A stretch of 64,000 nucleotides of DNA, taken from positions 28,605,466 through 28,669,465 of the forward strand of contig NC_068982.1 of the NCBI RefSeq assembly GCF_001194135.2. The letters are read 5' to 3'. The position numbers and the translations under genes are program-made. Below, in pieces: positions 53,326 through 64,000 of this stretch. Within the stretch, counting starts at the first letter, position 1. Each line of letters begins with the position of its first letter. Origin of the DNA: Octopus bimaculoides. Taxonomy: Eukaryota. A model generated the notes under the pieces. The model made no database searches and was not told where the DNA came from. It saw only the letters and a list, made by a program, of their open reading frames with translations.

Positions 53326-54069
53326 CATGAATGCTGTGTATATACAAATATATATATATGTACATATGTATGTATAACCGGGTAGTCCACATTGTGTTAC
53401 ATTCATTAATTTCGCATATGTACGGCAATTCAAAATCTGTTTTATAATATAGGCTCTTCATCCTATTTGTACACAAAAAATTATGTACTTCTATAGAGAC
53501 ATATCTTCATTCATAGATGCATATATGTACATATTGATAGATGCCATTTACAACATTGATGCCATTTACATAGATACTATTTACTACATAAATGCAATTT
53601 ACTACATTGAGAACGCACGCTGTTCCTAGAAGGACAAAGAATGAAAAAGGATCATGACACAGAATTATCAAATCAAATTACCCTTGCATTATTAGCGTTT
53701 GGGGTTGTTTGTTCTTTATTGGTCGATATAACCACCACGGGCCTGTCATTCAGATGGACATATCCTTCTTAAGTATGGCGCATGGATAAGACAATAGAAG
53801 AAAGAGAAGCAGCTATGATCCATTCCTCACCAGTTATCGACCAGTTATCATTACTATTTCGATACATTCCGATAATATTGTTCAATTTGGTACACACACA
53901 CACACATGTATGTATATATATATATATATATATNNNNNNNNNNNNNNNNNNNNNNNNNNNNNNNNNNNNNNNNNNNNNNNNNNNNNNNNNNNNNNNNNNN
54001 NNNNNNNNNNNNNNNNNNNNNNNNNNNNNNNNNNNNNNNNNNNNNNNNNNNNNNNNNNNNNNNNNNNNN

Positions 54070-56341
54070 AAGATGGGTGTATAAACAACAAACAGATGTA
54101 GTAGTTTAACGCTAGGGAAGTGAGAAAGTCTTTTACGACAGAAAGGAACACAGAAATAAACAGGGAGAAAAAAGAGAAAAAGATATAGTGGATAGCGATC
54201 TATCATGGCGAATGCCGGACAGAGGGGTCATACAGGAGAGCTAGGAAGAAGGGGATATAATAAAGTAGTGGTGATCTCAAAACGAAGGTGCGCGTGCGTG
54301 TGTATGTGAAAGCGTCTATGTGCGTGTGCGTGCGTGTGGAAGGGGGCTAGTGACATTGACGTATGCGTGTGTGCATGTGTATGTGTGTGGATGATGGTGT
54401 GGGTGCTGGGAATTGGCCAGTGTTAGTGTGTGCGCTGGAGTAGGTGCTGGGAATTGGTCAGTGTTAGTGTGCGCGGGGTGGTGGGATGTAGTAGGGTGTG
54501 ATGTGGTGTGGTACGGTGGTGTGTGATGTGGTGGTATTTGGGTGTTGGGAAACGAAAGTGGGAGAAGCAAGGACGTGGTGTAAGGGAAGGGGTGGGAGTC
54601 GGATAGGAAGTATAGGGATGATGTGTAGGAATGTGCAGGGATGGGTAACGAGGGAGGGGGTGACGATGAAGGGAGAGGGTGGAAGGGAGAAGGTGGGTAG
54701 GAATGAAGAGAGGAAGTAGGTGTCAGAGCAAGAGAGGATAGATGGATGGGAGGGAGTCGGTGTGAGTGGAAGAGAGGAGAGAGGAGGAGGGTTAGAAGAA
54801 GAGGGGAAGAGAGTTGAGCCCATGTGATGCAAAGGAGTCAAGAGAGATTAATCCCTGCTCACAGCGGAGACGGGAGTCCAGATAGCTCCTGTGCAAGGAC
54901 ACTCCGAACACAGACAAGTGTTGTAAAGAGTGACCGGTAGAGCGGAAATGGCGCGAGACAGGGGTGTCGTTGCCGAGTCGGATGTCTCGGATGACCGATG
55001 TATAGAGAAGGACAGAGAGAGTAGGAGATGCAGTAGATGACGTTGCTAGAAGTGCAGGTGAAGGAGTCAGTGATATGATAGGGTCGATGATGGGTGCCTG
55101 TAAGGAGGGTGGTGTTGGAGAGGTAAGGGCAAGTGCGACAACGTGGGCGGAAGCAGAGGAACGAGCCGGGTTGCGTTAGGAAAGAAGCTGTGGACCAAGA
55201 GGTCTCGTAGGTTGAGGGCTCGTTTGAAAGAGGGGAGGGGTCGGTTAGGGAAGATGTGCGAAGTGGAGTGNNNNNNNNNNGTGCCTGTAAGGAGGGTGGT
55301 GTTGGAGAGGTAAGGGCAAGTGCGACAACGTGGGCGGAAGCAGAGGAACGAGCCGGGTTGCGTTAGGAAAGAAGCTGTGGACCAAGAGGTCTCGTAGGTT
55401 GAGGGCTCGTTTGAAAGAGGGGAGGGGTCGGTTAGGGAAGATGTGCGAAGTGGAGTGTTCGGACTAGAGTCGCCGGAAGGCTCGGAGTATGGTGCATTGG
55501 AGAGGTAGGGTGGTGGGGTGGTAGGTGAGGGGAAACGGGAGATGGGTGACGGCAGGGCGGGTGCGGAGGGAGAGAGGGGATGCGCGGTCCATGGAAGGTG
55601 CTTTGGATATAGGCGGTATGCATAGTGGTGAGAGGATATCCACTTAGAGTGAAGTGGCGAGCCATGCGTTGAGATTGAGTTTCAAAGTCATGGTTGTCAC
55701 TGCAGAGCTTGCGTAGATGGAGGAATTGAGAATATTGGATGGAGAGATTGGTGTGTTTAGAGTGGGAGGAGGAGAAGTTGAGGTATGAGTGTGAGTCTGT
55801 GTGTTTGTACTGGATGGAGGTGGTGAGAGTGGAGTGATGAATGCTGACCGGAATGTCGACAAAGGCGACTGAGATGTTGGAAATAGTGCAGGAGAAGTGG
55901 AGGGCAGGATGGAGTGATTTGACAAAAGAGAGGAAAGAGTTCTAGATGTCCGTGGGAGAGTCAGGTCGCATCGATATAATTCAGGAGTAGGACCAGTGAA
56001 ACTTGAGAATATTTGGGCTTCGACGTAGCCAACGAACAGGTCCGCATAGTTGAGGCCCATTCTCGTTCCCATGGCCTCTCCCGACTCGCTGGAAAAACTT
56101 CACCCGCGAAACGAGAAGCAGTTACGTGAGAGCACAAGTTCGGCCAGACGAAGGAGTGTAGACGTGTCAGGTCGGGGGTTGGGTCGAAGGTCAAAGAAAT
56201 GTTGGAGTGCACGCAGCTCCTCGTGGTGAGAGATCACCGTGTATAGACTCTTGATGTCAAGAGTGAAGAGAAGTTTAGCGGGGCCAGGAGGGAAGGAGAA
56301 AGAGTTGAACAAACGAAGAGCATGGTTGGTGTCATGGATGT
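54070..56341 (-). mobile_element. Penelope-like retroelement (Neptune-type), 5'-truncated and decayed: RT + GIY-YIG
   Basis: RT motifs LFTLDIKSLYT and MGTRMGLNYADLFVG; linker C..PRCRTC; endonuclease SSNVIYCISYSLCPSLYIG...RHF; YxDD region and part of GIY-YIG deleted. Confidence 0.9.
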
Positions 56342-56342
56342 G

Positions 56343-56374
<32 letters not shown>

Positions 56375-56519
56375 GTACANNNNNNNNNNNNNNNNNNNNN
56401 NNNNNNNNNNNNNNNNNNNNNNNNNNNNNNNNNNNNNNNNNNNNNNNNNNNNNNNNNNNNNNNNNNNNNNNNNNNNNNNNNNNNNNNNNNNNNNNNNNNN
56501 NNNNNNNNNNNNNNNNNNN

Positions 56520-56588
<69 letters not shown>

Positions 56589-57380
56589 CATGTGTGTGTA
56601 AATTCTGAACGACTCTCTTACTCTTTCTTTCAGCTCCTTCACACTTACTTCGTTCTTTCCCACCTTTCTTTTTCTCGCTCGCCCTCTCTCACATTTCTTG
56701 GCCTTCCCTTCATTCTCACTTTCCTTCCCCTTTTGCCTCTCTTTGTCCCTATTTATATTTATATAGCTACACACATACACAAACATACACACGTGCATAC
56801 ACACATATACATGTACATACATGGATGCATGTAGGTTTGTACAAACGTATATGATTTGCAACATATTTATACAAATATATGCGAACTTCAAAATCACAGA
56901 GCACTTTTAAGCTCCTGTAAAACCAAATTTCAGCTGGAATTTCAGCCATGATTAAACTAATCCCTTTCAGTTACTCTTCATTTCTGCAATGACTTAGCTA
57001 GGAATGTTATCAACCAGACTGGAGCTTTAGTGTTACCAGTTGTTTAATTTTTTTTATTAGTTAATGTGTAAATGTGTACATAAAAATATGGGCAAAGTAT
57101 ATTTATGTACACATTTGCACATTAGCTCGTAGATGCAGAAGTATTCATATACATCCGGTAATTATGTGAACAGAAACAAATAAAGCGTGAAAAATGTAGA
57201 ATATACGAATATAAAGAGAGAGAAACGGCGAAATTTTGGAAATATCTCTATAAAAGTGCTGAAAAGTTCCTGGCTTTGGGTAAAAGTAAATACAAGAGGA
57301 TCAGTTAATTATTATTTCATACAACATATTTCCCTCTCAGATTCACATACTTATTGCAGTTGTCCTTCAGTATTTCAATT

Positions 57381-57585
57381 GTGGCAGAAACGTTAGCGTG
57401 CCGGGCGAAATGCTTATCGGTTTTCCGTCTGTCTTTTCGTTCTGAGTTCAAATTCCGTCGAGGTCGACTTTGTCTTTCATCCTTTCGGGATCGATAAATT
57501 AAGTACCAGTTGCGTACTGGGTCGATCTAATCGACAGGTCCCATCCCAAAAAATTTCGGGCCTTGTGCCTAGAGTAGAAAAGATT
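57381..57585 (+). mobile_element. SINE family A, well-preserved copy
   Basis: tggcagaaacgttagc...gagttcaaattccgtcgaggtcgac...gggccttgtgcctagagtagaaaag. Confidence 0.9.
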
Positions 57586-57779
57586 AATGTGACAATTAAA
57601 ATTGACTCACGTTTAATAACAAAATATACCTATCTTTAAATATTATTTTTATTGAGAATATCAAAAATTCCAGAAATGTTCTTTTCTACTAATTTACGGA
57701 GATAACCAGTTTATTTATGCGAAGAACTGTAAATGCAACGCTAATCTCATAAAGAGGTTTTTGAAAGTAATTTGAAGGC

Positions 57780-59650
57780 TCTCTGGGTAAGAATTTGGAA
57801 TGAATCTTTGTTTTTTTTTTATTCAGAAATCAAGACCACTCTGTAAAATTCTTTCTGAAGATTACGATCAATCAGCTCATTTGACTCGACATCTTTCATT
57901 CCTGTGAGATTGGTGATAATAACTTTACATTTTTGTCTTTTTATAGATTGATGCGTCAAGCTGTTCAGCTGTGATCTGATATCTGCACCTTTTTCGTATA
58001 CCGCACCAGTTGCTTTTCCAAAGACATGATCCAAGTTTAAAATTTGCATTATATTAATAAATTCTTGGTTTCTATAAACCTCGTCTCGAATGCATAGTTA
58101 AGAATAAGTCCACGCAAGAGTCGCATCACTTCACGATAAAGCAAAAGAATTGAATACTCAGAGCTATGTAAAGCAGCTGTGAGCAAGCAGTGATTCTGTA
58201 TTCTGTGTTGCAACACGAATGAATCTAACAACCTCAATAACTTTTTTGCAAAATCATTTCTAGGATTTCATTGATGGGTTTCGCAGCTAACATATATCTA
58301 CGAAAAACATAGTTACTATCGTGTGAAGTGCTTTTTGTTTTACAAATGCAGTAAAGCTTGCTCTAACTCCTATCATGGATGCAACTAAATAAGTTCGAAT
58401 TTAAGTACTTCACGTCGAAGAACAACCTCGCATGACTTATATGAGAAGGTTGCTTTCTAAAAAAAAAAAAAAAGAAAAGAAAAAGAAGAAACAATAAACT
58501 TTGTGGTTGTTGGAGGTTTTCGCAGGAAGGAAATTCACCTTCCATGTTTTTTCTCATTATTACCGGACAAAGACGAGCAGTTGTGAAATATGGTTTCCAA
58601 TTTTGGCACAAAGCCGGCAATTTGGGGGTGGGGGGTAATGAGCAAGTTGATTGCATCAACTGGTATTTATTTTATAGAGCCCGAAAGGATGAAAAGCAAA
58701 GTCGACCTCTGCGGAATTTGAACATAGAAAGTAAAGGCGGACGAAATACTGCTAAGCATTTTGCCCGGCATGCTAACGATTCTGCTAGCTCGCCGCTTTA
58801 AGCAGTTGTGAAATATTAACAATATCGCTTGATTCATCAAGTTACATACAGTATTTTGATCAGTTCAATAATATTTCGTTAAAATTTCTTATGGTATTTC
58901 ACCGAATTGTTTCATGAGATGAGAAACGTTTTTAAAATCATACATTGATTATTGATTCTTTTCCAGATATATTTAACTCTCTCTGAGTCAAAGTTGAATC
59001 AACTTCCCGGTAATATCTTGTAGATTCTCTGCATCTGCTATTCTCTTTACTTCAGTATACGAATCTGAACAGATGTTTCGTATGGTTTTATAAGAAAAGA
59101 ATTTTCAAACACGATATATACATTTATCTGCTAACGAATAAATGATTACCCCAGGTGGTTAATTTTACCCTAAATGAGAATCTTTAACCAAAATAAATCC
59201 ATATACATTTGTTTCAGAACGAAAATTCATACTCAAAATAAAAAATTAACAGTTGAAGAAAATGTTCTCTTGTGTCTCTGAGACGCTTTGCAGATACATA
59301 AGAGTCATAAATCCCATTTATCATTAACCTCTGATATGCAGCTCCAGTACTAAGTCAAATAGAAACCAAATTATATGTAAGCCATTAATGTTTTGGCTAA
59401 GTGTTTTGCGCTCATTGGTACAAGCCTTATCAGTTTTCTGGATAACTTTATAGATCCATGATTTAGTTATTTATATAATACCAAAAGAGTAATAAAAAAC
59501 GATAGGCTATCGCACTCTTAACCAAACGAGATATTGCTTAACTTCCATGATCTAATAGCAATCTGCCTGTTACAGAGACTATTAATGGTCTTCATCAAAT
59601 AAGTAGTTGGCGTCTCTGAAGTAATTTACAATTGGAGATGAAAGAAGCTC
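57780..59650 (-). mobile_element. Possible decayed hAT-like transposase relic, interrupted by a SINE
   Basis: Motif echoes in the expected order: YLFDE/..QIAIRSW, KVIQKTDKACTN, FDLVLELHI, ILLLYREVMRLLR; weak. Confidence 0.3.
58592..58800 (-). mobile_element. SINE family A with perfect 16-bp TSD
   Basis: agcagttgtgaaatat at 58576-58591 and 58801-58816. Confidence 0.92.
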
Positions 59651-60188
59651 GTTTCACGTAGAAATTAGCGCAAATCCGTATGGAGATGCTACTGTCAGCC
59701 TTGAAAATAACATATCATGAATACTACTGTGCCATCATTATCAGAATGATAACTGGGCAATATATAGTCGAAACGAGTATTCGCAGTTTCAACGAAGTAC
59801 AGTTGCAAGATAAAAGTTTTGTAGTTATGTAGCGCCATTTTAGCGTTTGTGCTATTTTTCTTATTCTCTTTTATTTATTTTTCTTTTCAGGACTGAGTGT
59901 GTTCTATGTTTTTTCTTGTTTGCGCATCTTTTCTTGCATTTATGTCAAAAAATTAGTTCATGAACAAAACTTTCTCTCTGAAGCGTTAAATGATAAGAGA
60001 GATCTACATATGTAGACGATGCAAAATTACTGGAATAGATTAACCTTGCATTGTAGAGCAACACGATACAGTAAGATAAATTCTTTACCGCAACTTTCCA
60101 GCATTGTGTTCGGCAGCTGAGCAGGTAGTTCTATGGCGTATTAATGTCCTTCATACTTACAGTAATACAAACGCAATCTCTCCTTCCA

Positions 60189-60229
<41 letters not shown>

Positions 60230-60581
60230 CACATGTGTGCATATTTGTGCAAACACACTCATATACATATACGTAGACATATATATATGTATATATACGC
60301 ATATATATGTATATAAATTTTCTTTGTGTGTGTCTGTGGGCATATGTACGTATGACATGTATATATATATATGCGTATATAAATTTTGTTTGTGTGTATC
60401 TATGGGCATATGTATGTATGTATGCATGCAAAAACAAACTTATGTATATTATACCAGTATATGTGTGAGTATGTGTTTGTGTACGTATGGATGTGCGCAT
60501 AAGTACATGTGTATACACACACACATACACACACATGTGTATACACACACACATACACACACACATATATGTGCATATGTA

Positions 60582-61375
60582 CATGGCGTCCCAACAGTTA
60601 CTAATGGGTTTCAATTTTTATAACTTCCTTAACTTTACAAATAAATGCATGAAATTTTGATACAATATAAAGGACATAATGGAAATTAATATGCACAAAG
60701 CATATTTTGCAAGACTACTACATCACATATGAAAAATGACATCGCTTAAATGGCAGTCATTTTCGGCTTTGCACAACCGTGCTCTTTCTAAAGTTTCACC
60801 ATAACACCCTCAAGTGTTCGCAAGATGTTCTCTCTTTCAGGTATCACCACAAGAAAAAGATCTAGGATAGTCAAGTCTGGGGAACGTAAAGGCCAGTTGA
60901 CATTGCCGTAGCGGGAGATTATTCTCTCCAAAGCATGCCGTAGCAACAGCATTGTTTCTGCTGCGGTATGAGCAGTTGCCCCATCTTGCTGGAACAATAT
61001 ATGAGGTCCATTTTGAATGGCTGGACGCAAAAAGGTCTCAGTCATGGATACCTGAAAGAGAGGGCTTACGTCAACAAACTGGAGACACTGGTGCAACTGA
61101 GAACATCAACAGAGAAATCAGAGAAATGGTGTCTGAAACTCTTGAGGGTGTTATGGTGAAAATGTTCGCAAGGTCACCAGCGTGCGAAGACGAACATGGC
61201 TGCCATTTAAACATTGTCATTTTTCATATGTCATGTAGTGATGTTGCAAAGTGTGACTTGTGCATATTAATTTCCATTATGCCATGTATAGTGTATCAAA
61301 TTTCCATACATATATTTGTAGAATTAAGGAAGTTATTAAAAATTGAAACCTGTCAGTTACTTTTGGGACACCCTA
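60582..61375. mobile_element. rosa/DD41D-like mariner derivative made of two inverted 3' ends, TA TSD
   Basis: Minus strand FQQDGATAHTA..ERIISRYGNVNWPLRSPDLTILD; plus strand GYLKERAYVNK..GCHLNIVIFHM; ends TA|catggcgtccc ... gggacacccta|TA. Confidence 0.85.
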
Positions 61376-61394
61376 TAATATATAGATTTCGTAC

Positions 61395-61645
61395 ACGGAA
61401 ACTGAAAGAAGGCTGTCGTATATATGTGCATATTTGTCTGTGTGCGTGTGCATTTATACCACCAACATCGCTTGACAACCGTGTTGCTGTCTTCGCGTCC
61501 CCGTAACTTAGTGGTTCGGGAAAAGACACTGATAGAATAAGTACTAGGCTTACAAAGAATAAATGCTGAGATGGATTTGTTCGACTAAGGGCGGTGCTCT
61601 AGCATGGCGGCAGTCACATGACTGAAGCAAGTAAAACAATAAATA
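61395..61645 (+). mobile_element. SINE family B 3' half
   Basis: cggaaactgaaagaagg...ccccgtaacttagtgg...ctaggcttacaaagaat...gcatggcggcagtc. Confidence 0.8.
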
Positions 61646-61676
61646 AACTATGACATCTTAATCCCGAGCAACACCG

Positions 61677-61745
<69 letters not shown>

Positions 61746-62549
61746 GTATTTATGCACACATACATACGTACGCATACGCGCGCGCACACACATGCATATA
61801 TGTAGGTATCTTTATAAGTTCTTACATACATATTTTGTAATAAATGTGTATGCTTATGCACATGTGTGTTCGTAAATTTGAAATAGTTTTGAAATAAATT
61901 GCCTGCATTCCACAAAATTAATTATGTCTGGTTGTAATGAGCCTGGTGTATAATTTTAAAAACCAGTATATTAGTAATTAAACCATGTATTTATGTAAAT
62001 TCTCAAATAGTAACAGAATATATATTATTAAGAAATATTCCCCGTTTTCACATTATTACTTTCGAAATTGGATGCTCTGGTACTTAATAAAACAGCGTAC
62101 GAAAAGCCTCGCAGTATTTATATTATATTTGCTAATAAATTATAATTATAACTAAAAATATTTTCGTTTAGATTTGTTTTCATAAACAGCAGCCACAAGT
62201 CAAGCTGAAATATTATTTTTATCAATAAAGTTTGTATTATTCTTTCACTAGTTTCATTGATTTGTCTACGGCCAAACTTTGGCTTTGAGTTCAAGACACT
62301 TATTTGAAAATATTAATACTGTTATTTTATTTTCCTTGGCCGGAAGACAGGCGAAAGTCATCTGTGATCTGGTATAAAGAGTGTGTCTTGGAGGCAAGAA
62401 GATATCACCAAGTCTATTTGTTCGTCGCACCTCCAACGGTAATATATATGTACATGTGAATGTATGCTTGTATCCATGTTCATACATTTTCATTTACACT
62501 TTATACATGGATATCTATCTATCTATCTGTTGCTAGCTCTCACCTCCCA

Positions 62550-62616
<67 letters not shown>

Positions 62617-62698
62617 ATATATACATAGTGTTCTGATCCGTTACTGGTAGGATCAATAAAAGAATCATTCCATTCAGTGATAAATTATGCTTCATATA

Positions 62699-62813
62699 CG
62701 CAGGATTTAAATGCGAGCTACTATTATCTACATGCTTCTGAAAATACATTGGTCGGACAATGCTATATTCTGAGAAGTATGTTACTAATACGAGCTCGCA
62801 TTTAAATTCTGCT
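62699..62813. repeat. ~115-bp imperfect palindrome (mini-MITE or hairpin)
   Basis: gcaggatttaaatgcgagct vs agctcgcatttaaattctgc (19/20 complementary); inner arms also pair; TA on both flanks. Confidence 0.7.
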
Positions 62814-63257
62814 TACAAAGATCAAGTATCGGCAACACCAGGGTGATCATAGAACTTTGATCTTCTTAATTGGAAACCTTAATATAATAAGCTAAGGTTT
62901 CTCATGCCAGCAATATTTTATTGAGGAATTCAGTTCACACAGTCCTACTCACGCACGCACTGACTCATCCTATGAAATTGTGCATAGCAACCGTCTAATA
63001 ATAATTCTTGTTGCATTTTGGAGAACAGTGGTTCGCTTCAAAGCTATAGGGGAAGATAATTGTGTAGGGGTTTACGTAGCAGGGTTGCATCTAGAGTTGT
63101 ATTCCGTCAAAGTTAGTTTGTCAACCACCCAGTGGTGATTATATCCTTGCAGAAGTACAAAATCGTATTAATCGGCATTTTTGGTTTGTTATCTAAACAA
63201 ATAGAAACTAGGGTCATGGAAGTATAGACCAATTATATGGCATTTCAAATTGTCCTA

Positions 63258-63326
<69 letters not shown>

Positions 63327-63804
63327 AACACACATATAAGCATATACTTACATAATAAACAATTTAAACATACATGTTGGAAGTATACGAATATAAACTC
63401 TCATACATACACATTTTCATGTCATCTGTGTATGGGTAACGTTTAACAGCAACAAATAAATATGGAACCTATAGCTTATGTCTCCTTTATATATTACAAC
63501 CATTTGGGAATGGAAGTTATGGCACAGATAATTACGGTCTCAGATATCTTTGTTATCATTTGCTTAAGAAGAAAGTAGATAACAGGCGACAAAATCATAT
63601 ATATATATTCCGTAGTAGAGCCAGAAGCTGAAATTATATGAGAGTATGTAAAATATTTTAAAGGTAATTGCATGGTGATTTTTAATCTGCTGCTTCAATT
63701 AAAAGACGATTAGTAACATTAACTGCATAAAGATGCCTCTTCAATCTATATACGTGGCGCCATATGAACCCGGACCCGCTATTTAGCGTGCTATAGTTCA
63801 ATCA

Positions 63805-63805
63805 T

Positions 63806-63894
<89 letters not shown>

Positions 63895-64000
63895 TGTATG
63901 TATGTATGTATGCATGCATGCATGCATGTATGTATGTATGTATGTATGTATGTATGTATGTATGTGTGTGTGTGTATATATCGTATATATATATATATAT
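63805..64000. repeat. Compound (CA)n/(TATG)n microsatellite
   Basis: Arrays at the window end. Confidence 0.95.

Noticed and set aside
54070-54200. Searched the 3' end of the long Penelope element for a hammerhead
   Set aside because: No CUGANGA...GAAA core is present on either strand in the visible sequence.
55094-55457. Exact 177-bp tandem duplication inside the Penelope element
   Set aside because: The two identical copies flank a 10-N gap, typical of unmerged overlapping contig ends; likely an assembly artefact.

Overview
AT-rich, repeat-dense eukaryotic DNA from a gapped draft assembly (10 N-gaps). The SINE families and the very high load of (CA)n, (TA)n, (TATG)n and (GA)n suggest an octopus or other coleoid cephalopod; this is inferred, not shown. 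No host protein-coding gene can be supported, and most ORFs in the track are microsatellite or N-gap artefacts. The window holds about 25 copies of a ~210-bp tRNA-derived SINE (family A), a CORE-like SINE family (B) and a third SINE family (C). It also holds decayed relics of a Penelope-like element (RT + GIY-YIG), a Tx1/L1-like gag (CCHC), an R4/Dong-like RLE element 3' end, Tc1, mariner and rosa-type transposases, and possibly a hAT transposase. Most interesting observations: (1) a minimal hammerhead ribozyme in two Penelope-terminus-like repeats, one with an intact core; (2) an R4/Dong-like fragment inserted inside a (TACA)n microsatellite; (3) tandem SINEs bracketed by triplicated target sites; (4) a rosa-type element built from two inverted 3' ends; (5) several long fold-back hairpins; (6) diverged local duplications, one carrying paired 22-nt micro-exon-like units.
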